Below, in pieces: positions 49,040 through 56,522 of a stretch of 64,000 nucleotides of DNA. Made by a program: the position numbers and the translations under genes. This stretch comes from Simkaniaceae bacterium. GTDB taxonomy: Bacteria; Chlamydiota; Chlamydiia; Chlamydiales; Simkaniaceae. The notes under the pieces are model-generated. The model did not search any database. It saw only the letters and a program-made list of their open reading frames with translations, and had not been told where the DNA came from. Within the stretch, counting starts at the first letter, position 1. Every line of letters begins with the position of its first letter. The stretch lies in contig JANQJL010000057.1 in the NCBI GenBank assembly GCA_028281675.1, forward strand, positions 2,077 to 66,076. Direction: 5' to 3'.

Positions 49040-49900
49040 ATGATGCAAAATAAGATTCTTGAGCAGGTCATCAAATGGGTAGAGCCTCAAGCCTCGATTC
49101 GCGCTGTTATTTTGGTAGGATCCCACGCAGAACAGAAGACTACTGATGAGTTATCTGATTATGATCTATCTCTTTTTTGTACTCAGACTTCTTCCTTTAT
49201 TGAAAGTGACGATTGGCTAGAAGAGATTGCTAAAACTTGGGTGTCCATCCCAGAGAAATTCACTTTTCAAGGGAAGGCAATTCCGACTCGTCTCGCCATT
49301 TTTGAAGGTGGTGATAAAGTTGACTTTGCTTTTTATCCTGAAAACCTCCTGAGTGATTTGCAAAATGCCAAGCCCCTCCCTAGTGAATATGATATGGGAT
49401 ATAAGATACTTGTTGATAAAGATGGACATGCAAAAGGTATGCGCAGCCCTTCTTTTGAGGGGTTTAAGGAAGAGCGGCCAACAAAAGAAGAATTTCACAG
49501 CTTGGTGAAAGAGTTTTGGTTTGAAGTTTACCATGTCGCAAAATATCTGTATCGGGAAGATCTCTGGTCTGCGCAGTTTCGGTTAAATGGCATTCGTCAA
49601 AACGATATGATTCAAATGATTTGTTGGCATGAAGCGGCAAAGCATGAGTGGGATTATACAGTGCATAAACTTGGGAAAAATCTTCACAATTGGGTTAGCG
49701 GTGACATATGGAATGCTCTTCATGATATATTTCCCCATCTTGATGTTTTCGAAGGGTGGATAGCGTTAAAGAAAACAATTCAGTTATTCAAAAAACTTTC
49801 TCATGAAGTCTCCAAGGCTCTTGGCTATGATAATTTAAGTGTTCTCGAGTTGCAGATGAATCAATTTGTCGAGAAGCTTGAAAAGAGAAGGGGCAGGTAA
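49040..49900 (+). CDS. aminoglycoside 6-nucleotidyltransferase-like protein (ANT(6)/AadK family)
   Basis: N-terminal nucleotidyltransferase segment IRAVILVGSHAEQKTTDELSDYDLSLF. EFWFEVYHVAKYLYREDLWSAQFRLNG...MICWH matches the helical C-domain of streptomycin adenylyltransferases as I remember them. Start set to ATG 49040. Confidence 0.7.
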   Translation: MMQNKILEQVIKWVEPQASIRAVILVGSHAEQKTTDELSDYDLSLFCTQTSSFIESDDWLEEIAKTWVSIPEKFTFQGKAIPTRLAIFEGGDKVDFAFYPENLLSDLQNAKPLPSEYDMGYKILVDKDGHAKGMRSPSFEGFKEERPTKEEFHSLVKEFWFEVYHVAKYLYREDLWSAQFRLNGIRQNDMIQMICWHEAAKHEWDYTVHKLGKNLHNWVSGDIWNALHDIFPHLDVFEGWIALKKTIQLFKKLSHEVSKALGYDNLSVLELQMNQFVEKLEKRRGR

Positions 49901-49945
49901 GAAATGAATCTTATTAAACAACAAAACTTTGGGATTGATTTAAAT

Positions 49946-49972
49946 AAGGGTGGGTTTTTCACCCCTTTCTTG
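49946..49972 (+). terminator. terminator-like hairpin after the ANT(6)-like gene
   Basis: AAGGGTGGG-TTTTT-CACCCCTT followed by TCTT. Imperfect, with a short U tract. Confidence 0.4.
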
Positions 49973-50098
49973 CATCAATAACATAAAAGCTCCATGACTA
50001 TTCCTTTTAAGATCAATTTGACATAAGAAATTCGTTGCAAGTTTTTTTTTGATTTGCTATCAAGGATTTTTTAAAGTGAACTTGTGAGTACTTTAGCC

Positions 50099-51190
50099 AT
50101 GAATGCTACCAAAATATGTCTTTTGATATTGGCTCTATGTTTTTCAACCCTTCAAGGAGCGGTTGTACAGAGCACTGAAAATCAGTTGGTAGAGGCTCCA
50201 GAAAAAACTAAGATCGGTAGCTTTGCCGGTGTGTCTTTTATTTACTGGACTCCCCGTGTTGATGCCTTAACTTATGCGCAGACGGGGCGGAATTCTTTGG
50301 AAACGGTTGCAGCCGAAAATCTCACCGATTTTCTCAATTTGCCTCAGGGTACGGATTTAGCAGTCAATTGGCAATGGGAACCTGGGTTTAAAGCAAACTT
50401 AGGGTGGGATTTTAGGAGTCAATGGCAGATTCAGCTAGAATATACGTGGCTTTACTCAAAAGCAAAAGGTTCGAAGTCAAGTATAGGAGGGATCTTTCCT
50501 AATGTTGATATTTTTCCGTTAGATATTGTTACGGCGTTAGGAGCAATAGATCGAGCAAAGGCAACATGGTCTCTTCACTATCAGCTTCTACATTTAGAGC
50601 TTGGCCGAGAGTATCGATATACCTCCGCGTTAAAATTTAGGACCTCCTTCGGAGCAACACTTACCGATCAGACTCAACATTACTCAACTTTATATGTGAT
50701 TCCCCCATTTAATTTTACTTTCGGACAGGGTTCTATTTCTTCATCACAGGCAGTTAATTTTAATTTTTCTGGTAAGCAAGAAGTTTTTGGAACTGGACTC
50801 CGTTTAGCTTTTGCCCCTACTTGGTATCTCACTAAGTGGTTTGGTTTCTACGGAAAGATTGGGATGTCCTACTTATGGATGTACTATGATGTTAAACGTA
50901 AGGACTCAGGGGGGACAGAGTTTCCAATTAGTGGGCAACTAACTGGGGTGAAGATAAAGCTTACCAATATTGAAACAAAAGTTCGTACAATGAAGCTTTT
51001 TTTCGATGCTAATCTGGGCTTCTTTTTTGAAACCCCTACCTTTTGCACCAACTTTCGGTTTAGCTGGTTTCTCGGATGGGAAGCACATATTTGGATCAAT
51101 CAGACCTATCAAATTAATTTAGGAAGAGAACTTTCTCGCTATGATCTTACTATGCAGGGTCTTACTACAAAACTGCAGCTCGACTTCTAG
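50099..51190 (+). CDS. outer-membrane beta-barrel protein (porin/MOMP-like, family not assignable)
   Basis: Signal peptide MNATKICLLILALCFSTLQGAV. Alternating-hydrophobic strand pattern throughout. Aromatic girdle residues. C-terminal ...TKLQLDF ends in Phe. Start set to ATG 50099. Confidence 0.7.
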   Translation: MNATKICLLILALCFSTLQGAVVQSTENQLVEAPEKTKIGSFAGVSFIYWTPRVDALTYAQTGRNSLETVAAENLTDFLNLPQGTDLAVNWQWEPGFKANLGWDFRSQWQIQLEYTWLYSKAKGSKSSIGGIFPNVDIFPLDIVTALGAIDRAKATWSLHYQLLHLELGREYRYTSALKFRTSFGATLTDQTQHYSTLYVIPPFNFTFGQGSISSSQAVNFNFSGKQEVFGTGLRLAFAPTWYLTKWFGFYGKIGMSYLWMYYDVKRKDSGGTEFPISGQLTGVKIKLTNIETKVRTMKLFFDANLGFFFETPTFCTNFRFSWFLGWEAHIWINQTYQINLGRELSRYDLTMQGLTTKLQLDF

Positions 51191-51245
51191 TGGTCAGTCT
51201 ACAAAGTCCCTTAGCACAACAACTGATCTTTCCAATTGAGGCAGG
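51188..51245 (+). repeat. partial (left-end) copy of repeat C type
   Basis: CTAGTGGTCAGTCTACAAAGTCCC...ATCTTTCCA parallels CTAGTGGTCAGTCCCAAAAGTCC...ATCTTTTCCA of copy C. No core and no right-end repeat found. Its TAG is the OMP stop codon. Confidence 0.4.
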
Positions 51246-51280
51246 ATTTTTAATCTCACGAATCACCAGCGGTTAGTGTC

Positions 51281-51311
51281 GATTTTCAAACCCAGTTTCA
51301 CTTTGAAAATC
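51281..51311. other. perfect 10-bp-stem hairpin between convergent genes
   Basis: GATTTTCAAA-CCCAGTTTCAC-TTTGAAAATC. No U tract on either strand. Confidence 0.5.
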
Positions 51312-51411
51312 TCTTCCGCTAATTCTGCACTTTATCTTTGGGAAATGGTATAACTCTAAGCAAATAGACATATCTTTTTGATAGGGAAAAGCTAGGAAGA
51401 AGTCAAAATAG

Positions 51412-52287
51412 CTAATAGATATCTTTTTCGCAGTTTTGGCAGATGGGGTAATTTTCTAGGTTGTTTGTAAGATGGGCCTTTATGAAGGCATTATAAGCGG
51501 GACTTGTGAAGACCTCTTCGAGTGTATCCGTTCGGAGATTGCCAAAAGGGATAGTGGCATTGTAATCGTAGCAGCAGGGGATAACATCGAGATTCCATGT
51601 GACTTGTAGAATAGCGCGTCGCATATCCTTCACTACGGGGCAAAGACGCTCTTTAGGTTTATTATAGGTGCGGCCGTCGCCATAGTTATGGAGTCTCCTT
51701 TCGGGGGTGAAAGAAAAACCAAGGGACTCTATCCACTCTTTAAATTCGCTGCGGGGATCCTTTTGTGTACCGAGAGTGAGGAGCATCTTTTCTCCGGAGG
51801 GGATAACCTCAACTTTTAGGGGACTGTCGATAAAGGAGCGAACTTTAGAGAGGATTTCGAGATTCTTTTTCACGAGATGAAAGGCATCTCTTCCATGAAT
51901 GGCTTGATAGGTTTCGGGAGTATACCCATAGCAGCTAACGATAATGGCATCAATTCCTGCATCAACAAGATCAAAGAAGTAGCTTTCATTAAAGGGGACT
52001 CCAAGGGTGGAATAATTACCAACTAGTGCATGTGGCATTTTCTTTTTAGCAAGACGGACCTTGTCTGGAAGGTTTTTATCGAGAAGAGCTTCTCCAAATC
52101 CGTGAAGATGGAGTTCTCCTTTAAAGGGGCCTATCCGATCAAGGGCTAGCTCAAAGTCTTCAATCGGCATCATCCCTTGCTTTCTTGTATGTTTATCGCG
52201 AGGACACATCACACATTTGTAGCCACACCGATTGGTGTTTTCGATCCGAATTTGCTCAAAATGTGGGACGGAACTTTCTTGCTTCAT
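51412..52287 (-). CDS. radical SAM enzyme with C-terminal SPASM/twitch-like Cys cluster
   Basis: CGYKCVMCP (CxxxCxxC) at residues ~20-28. C-terminal cysteines CPVV...IPCCYDY...YPICQNCEK. Start set to ATG 52287, which forms ATGA with the upstream small-ORF stop (the tracked start 52314 is TTG). Confidence 0.85.
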   Translation of the reverse strand: MKQESSVPHFEQIRIENTNRCGYKCVMCPRDKHTRKQGMMPIEDFELALDRIGPFKGELHLHGFGEALLDKNLPDKVRLAKKKMPHALVGNYSTLGVPFNESYFFDLVDAGIDAIIVSCYGYTPETYQAIHGRDAFHLVKKNLEILSKVRSFIDSPLKVEVIPSGEKMLLTLGTQKDPRSEFKEWIESLGFSFTPERRLHNYGDGRTYNKPKERLCPVVKDMRRAILQVTWNLDVIPCCYDYNATIPFGNLRTDTLEEVFTSPAYNAFIKAHLTNNLENYPICQNCEKDIY

Positions 52288-52478
52288 AAGATTGTAACAA
52301 TAATAGACGAACAAAAAGAATTTTCATGATCCCTCCAGCTTGCGGGCCTAAGCGATAGGAGAGGATTGAAGGGTTTCACCAATCGTGAAATCAATCGACT
52401 CACAGCTAATTTAGAGATTATAATAGAAAGTGCTAAAGGGGCGATTGCAATCAGCCCCCGTTTAATACATTTTTTCAT
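52284..52478 (-). CDS. 64-aa basic/hydrophobic small protein, translationally coupled to the radical SAM gene
   Basis: ATG start. MKKCIKRGLIAIAPLALSIIISKLAVSRLISRLVKPFNPLLSLRPASWRDHENSFCSSIIVTIL. The stop TGA overlaps the rSAM ATG. It begins 27 nt after the VOC gene stop. No SD. Confidence 0.4.
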   Translation of the reverse strand: MKKCIKRGLIAIAPLALSIIISKLAVSRLISRLVKPFNPLLSLRPASWRDHENSFCSSIIVTIL

Positions 52479-52505
52479 AGTCTGCAGATTAGCAGAACAA
52501 AAAAC

Positions 52506-52889
52506 CTATTTCAACTTCTCTGAAAGGAAATATTGGTTTCCATCTTTGTCGGCAAACATTGCAAGTTTGACTTCTCCAGGGATTTCAACAGTTTCCCCTA
52601 AAAATTGAATCTCTTTTGATTCGAGAAAGGCTCTAGCTTCAGCAACGTTATCGACGGCAATCGAAACAATAGCGTTGGTTCCCGCTTTCATATCTTCACC
52701 CATAGGTTCGCCAAAGCCGACGCGGCCCCCTTCTTCTCCTTCTAGCTCCATCCAATTGAAACGCTCATCATACTCTTTTATTTCAAGACCAAGTAGGTCA
52801 CAGAAAATGCGCTTTGTTTCATCTAAACTAGAAACAGTCACACATGACATCGAAATGCCCTTTGCAATCTTAGTTTTAGTTGTTGTCAT
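52506..52889 (-). CDS. VOC/glyoxalase-family protein
   Basis: 127 aa. The pattern VTVSSLDETKRIFCDLLGLEI...ELEGEEG...IAVDNVAEARAFLESKEIQF...MFADKDGNQYFL is a typical paired beta-alpha-beta-beta-beta module. Confidence 0.75.
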   Translation of the reverse strand: MTTTKTKIAKGISMSCVTVSSLDETKRIFCDLLGLEIKEYDERFNWMELEGEEGGRVGFGEPMGEDMKAGTNAIVSIAVDNVAEARAFLESKEIQFLGETVEIPGEVKLAMFADKDGNQYFLSEKLK

Positions 52890-52985
52890 TATGTTCTCCT
52901 ATAGGTTGAACTTCGAAGCAAGGATACTTGAAGCCGGTCTTTTTAGACTATTCAAAAAATACTTTTACCGTCACAATCTTGTGAT

Positions 52986-53693
52986 ATGAGTCTGGTGAAA
53001 AAGGGTCTCGGTTTCTCTGTAGGGGTAGCCGTTGGAGCCATTTCGATGTTTTCCTACCATGAGCTTGAAAAAAAGCTCAATCCCACGACCTTTCCCACGA
53101 TTGAAAGGAAGGGCTACACTATTGCTTATGACACGCGGGGAAAAATTCCCTTTTGGACCCATGAGCATTTGACAGAAGAGAGCTTGGTTAAAAATGCCGA
53201 TCGGTCGGAAATGTCTTTTCAGGAAGATCCCGACCTGTATGGACCCCATCGAAGCTGTCTATCCGATTATGCAAAGTCAGGGTTTGATAGAGGGCATATT
53301 GTCCCTGCAGGAGATGAACGTTTTTCAAAAGAGGCTTTGGCCGAAACTTTCTACCTTTCAAACGTTTGTCCCCAACACCCAGAGTTTAATCGGGGACTTT
53401 GGAATAAGTTAGAAAATCATCTCCGCTCTTTGGTTAAAACTCATGGTCCCCTTGAAGTGGTCACCGGTCCCCTTTTTCTTTCCCATGAAGAAAATGGGAA
53501 AAAATTTGTAACTTACCAGGTCATTGGAAAAAATGAAGTTGCTGTTCCCACCCATTTCTTCAAAGTAGTCCTTGCTAAAGATGAGGTTTGGTCCTATGTT
53601 ATTCCGAATAAGCCCGCATCAAAGCCATTAGAAGAGTACCACTTTCCCATAGAAAAGCTAGAAAAAATCTCTGGAATCCAGTTTAATAAATAA
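52986..53693 (+). CDS. DNA/RNA non-specific endonuclease (EndoG/NucA family), N-terminally membrane-anchored or secreted
   Basis: Catalytic DRGH motif (GFDRGHIVPAGD) and NVCPQHPEFNRGLWNKLE (His-Me finger). N-terminal hydrophobic segment GLGFSVGVAVGAISMF. Confidence 0.85.
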   Translation: MSLVKKGLGFSVGVAVGAISMFSYHELEKKLNPTTFPTIERKGYTIAYDTRGKIPFWTHEHLTEESLVKNADRSEMSFQEDPDLYGPHRSCLSDYAKSGFDRGHIVPAGDERFSKEALAETFYLSNVCPQHPEFNRGLWNKLENHLRSLVKTHGPLEVVTGPLFLSHEENGKKFVTYQVIGKNEVAVPTHFFKVVLAKDEVWSYVIPNKPASKPLEEYHFPIEKLEKISGIQFNK

Positions 53694-53697
53694 GCTC

Positions 53698-54255
53698 ATG
53701 GAAGACCAGACATTTCAAGGAAAAGATTATACTAAAATTAGCTTTGCAGAAGGGACATTTTCCGATTGCTACTTTGAAGATTGTCTTTTTATAGAGAGTT
53801 GTCTAAATCGAGCTACATTTTCCTTCTGTACCTTCAAAAATTGCAACTTTACCCTTGTTAACTTTGAGAATGCTCGCCTCCATGAGGTTGCTTTCGAGAG
53901 TTGTAAAGTCGTGGGAGCTAATTTCCACCTCCTGGAAAAAAAATTATTTTCGATGAATTTTAAAGAATCGATCCTAAAAAGCTGCAATTTTTCTCACCTC
54001 AAAATGAAAAAAATGTCATTTGAGGGGAGTAAAGTAAAAGAGTGTGACTTCAAAGAGACCCTTTTACAGGAGGGAAACTTTAAAAAATGTGATTTAGAGG
54101 GATCTCTCTTTCACCAATGTGATTTAAGGGGTGCAGACTTTCGAGAGGCGATTGGGTATGCCATCGATCCCTCAACAAATCAGATTAAAAAAGCAAAATT
54201 TTCCATTCCTGAGGCGCTTTCTTTATTGAAAGGATTTGACATTACTCTCCAATAG
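53698..54255 (+). CDS. pentapeptide-repeat protein
   Basis: Five-residue periodicity over about 150 aa (e.g. CNFTLVNFENARLHEVAFESCKVVGANF; CDLEGSLFHQCDLRGADFREA). Starts 4 nt after the nuclease stop. Confidence 0.85.
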   Translation: MEDQTFQGKDYTKISFAEGTFSDCYFEDCLFIESCLNRATFSFCTFKNCNFTLVNFENARLHEVAFESCKVVGANFHLLEKKLFSMNFKESILKSCNFSHLKMKKMSFEGSKVKECDFKETLLQEGNFKKCDLEGSLFHQCDLRGADFREAIGYAIDPSTNQIKKAKFSIPEALSLLKGFDITLQ

Positions 54256-54288
54256 GAATAAAATAGGCCTGCAACTACTTCTGGATCC

Positions 54289-55071
54289 ATGAAACAACCA
54301 TTTATATGTATTAAGAAGGTTTCGAAAACCTATTTTGAAAAGCGCCGAGTTCTTAAAGAGGCGCTGAAAGGAGTCTCCCTTGATATCCATCAAGGTGAGG
54401 TTCTAGGTTTGCTCGGCGTGAACGGAGCAGGAAAGACAACTTTAGTATCTATTCTGGCAACCCTCCATCCGCCAACAGCAGGGGAAGTTTATTGGAACGG
54501 AGAGTCGATTTATAAGGCCCTTCTCCCTTATCGCAGAGTTGTAGGGTATTGCCCACAACATCCCAATATTGAAAAGGAGCTTTCCCTAGGGGAAAATTTG
54601 ATTTTTTCGGGGCGTTGCTATGGACTCAGCAAAAAAGAAGCCGAAGAGCGGCAGAATGAGATTGCTAAAGAGTTCAAGTTGGAAGAATATTTAGAAGCAA
54701 ACGTTGACCAGGTTTCTGGAGGGTATAGGCAGCGCTTTCTTATTGCACGCGCGCTCATGCACCGCCCAGAATTAGTGATCCTTGATGAGCCAACCGTGGG
54801 ACTTGACTCCCACATTCGTCGAGAACTTTGGGGAGCTATTTCAAAGCTGCGCGAGCAAAAAATCACTGTAATCTTAACCACTCATTATTTAGATGAAGCG
54901 GAACATCTCTCTGATCGAATCTGCCTTATTCATGAGGGAACTATTCGAACAGTTGATACTCCTGAGAACCTGAAGAAGCAACATCAGAAGAACAATTTAG
55001 AAGAGGTTTTCCTCAAGTTCGTTGATGACCCAGATGCTGAAATTTTTAATTCTGGAGTGGAAAATGAATAG
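54289..55071 (+). CDS. ABC transporter ATP-binding protein (ABC-2 exporter type)
   Basis: Walker A GVNGAGKTT, signature VSGGYRQR, Walker B LVILDEPTVGLD. Confidence 0.9.
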   Translation: MKQPFICIKKVSKTYFEKRRVLKEALKGVSLDIHQGEVLGLLGVNGAGKTTLVSILATLHPPTAGEVYWNGESIYKALLPYRRVVGYCPQHPNIEKELSLGENLIFSGRCYGLSKKEAEERQNEIAKEFKLEEYLEANVDQVSGGYRQRFLIARALMHRPELVILDEPTVGLDSHIRRELWGAISKLREQKITVILTTHYLDEAEHLSDRICLIHEGTIRTVDTPENLKKQHQKNNLEEVFLKFVDDPDAEIFNSGVENE

Positions 55072-55840
55072 TCTTTCCGTTTTTTGTCATTTAATAAGAC
55101 GTGATCTCATTGCTTTTAAACGGGTATTTTTGACAAAATTTTTTGATACCTTTTTACTTTTTTTTACCAACGTGATGGCCTTTGGATACTTATTGCAACA
55201 GGAAGGGGCCCATGCAGGATATGCCGCCTTTTTTGTCGTTGGGGCAATTGCGAGTTTTGGCTTTGTTGAAATTGTTGGTAAGGTAGGGATTCAGCTCGCT
55301 GATATGGGTGGGGATCAGACAATTTTTCATACCCTTGCCATGCCGATTCGCTCTAATATGGTTTTCTATTATATGGGGACCTCTTGGGCAATTACATCGA
55401 TGCTCCTTTCGGTCCTATTTTTCCCCATTGGGAAACTCCTTGTTTTCACCGAGTGGGACATCACAATGATTTCTTGGTGGAGATTGGTGATTATGTTTGT
55501 CACTGCAAACCTATTCTTCGGTTTTTTTGCCCTTTGGCTCACCAGTGTGATCAAAAATATGACAGGCCTAAACAGTTTATGGTTTCGCTATATTGCTCCA
55601 ATGTGGATGTTTGGAGGGTATGTTTACTCCTGGCAATCTGCTTATACTCTCAATCATATGGTTGGTTATATCAGTTTGATTAACCCAATGATCTATGTGA
55701 TGGAAGGGATGCGAGCAGCAGCGCTTGGGCAAGCGGGTTATCTCCCTTATTGGGTTTCAGTGACGATGCTTTGGGTCTTTATCATCGCATGTACCAAACA
55801 TGCCACAGGTAGATTAAGAAAAAAGCTCGATTGTATTTAG
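55064..55840 (+). CDS. ABC-2 type transporter permease
   Basis: 6 TM segments. Start set to ATG 55064, overlapping the ATPase stop. The stop TAG lies inside repeat copy B. Confidence 0.8.
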   Translation: MNSLSVFCHLIRRDLIAFKRVFLTKFFDTFLLFFTNVMAFGYLLQQEGAHAGYAAFFVVGAIASFGFVEIVGKVGIQLADMGGDQTIFHTLAMPIRSNMVFYYMGTSWAITSMLLSVLFFPIGKLLVFTEWDITMISWWRLVIMFVTANLFFGFFALWLTSVIKNMTGLNSLWFRYIAPMWMFGGYVYSWQSAYTLNHMVGYISLINPMIYVMEGMRAAALGQAGYLPYWVSVTMLWVFIIACTKHATGRLRKKLDCI

Positions 55841-56000
55841 GGCGTGTCATCAATTAAAGGAAGTTGAAAGAGGGCTCTCTATGAGGAAGCTTCTAGGCGT
55901 CCGATGGAGGCAACCCCTTGTGGGTTGTCGAAGCAGGACAACGAAGAAATTTTCCATAGAGATTTCTAAGACAACGCAGCGTAATTGTTGACACGCCCTA
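55838..56000 (+). repeat. structured intergenic repeat, copy B
   Basis: 19-bp terminal inverted repeat with 1 mismatch (TAGGGCGTGTCATCAATTA / TAATTGTTGACACGCCCTA). Nested stems (CTCTAT..GGAA / TTCC..ATAGAG). Core GGCAACCCCTTGTGGGTTGTCGAAGCAGGACAAC. Confidence 0.75.
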
Positions 56001-56510
56001 GTCCTTAGGAATGAGAAAGCGAATCCCTTTGGAAGATCGTGTGTGGATCCATTTCACATCTGTCATTGTTTTCATTTGTTCTAAATAGTCACGGCGGTGG
56101 CGGAAGTAAGACCCAAGAAGCCATTTGACGATCGATTTAGAGGAGAAAAGACGGGAAAAGGTCTCGCGGTTCCCATTGCAAATCTCTTTTTTATCGATTA
56201 TTCTTCTAATGCTTCGGGAAATGACCCGCCACAAAAGGACATAAAGGGGAAGATCGAGCCAGATGATGGTGTCCGCTTTTGGCCAGATAAGGTGGCGGTA
56301 TTTCGATTGATTCCCGCAGATGATCCAACAGTCGGTACTCGTCGCATCCTCAATGAGAGAGGCAAATTCTTCTGAGGGGCGAAAGGTCCAGTTGGGGAGC
56401 CAATAAAAAGTGTCAAGATCAGCAACAGGGTAGCCGAGATTTTCACTCAAGTGGTTTCCTAGAGTGGTTTTCCCCGATCCGCAGCTTCCAATGATCACAA
56501 TTCGTTTCAT
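55998..56510 (-). CDS. P-loop NTPase (adenylate-kinase-like / 'topology modulation' family)
   Basis: MKRIVIIGSCGSGKTTLG Walker A. 170 aa. The stop codon lies inside repeat copy B. Confidence 0.7.
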   Translation of the reverse strand: MKRIVIIGSCGSGKTTLGNHLSENLGYPVADLDTFYWLPNWTFRPSEEFASLIEDATSTDCWIICGNQSKYRHLIWPKADTIIWLDLPLYVLLWRVISRSIRRIIDKKEICNGNRETFSRLFSSKSIVKWLLGSYFRHRRDYLEQMKTMTDVKWIHTRSSKGIRFLIPKD

Positions 56511-56522
56511 AGGAAGGATAGT

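Noticed and set aside
48740-49126. 128-aa minus-strand ORF in the gap before the ANT(6)-like gene
   Set aside because: No motif recognised and odd composition. It overlaps the ANT(6)-like start region. Plus-strand frames here give short fragments, such as ...WQRVFAKGGKVLEHTP..., that only vaguely recall an IS630-type HTH. That is too weak to call either a gene or a transposase relic.
52256-52327. 23-codon ORF MKILFVRLLLLQSYEARKFRPTF preceded by GGAGGG
   Set aside because: It overlaps both the 64-aa ORF and the rSAM start in a third frame, and the SD spacing is only about 4 nt. There is no way to support it from sequence alone.
55022-55063. N-terminal extension of the ABC-2 permease (tracked start 55022)
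   Set aside because: The extension lies inside the ATPase gene. ATG 55064, overlapping the ATPase stop, gives a normal coupled start.
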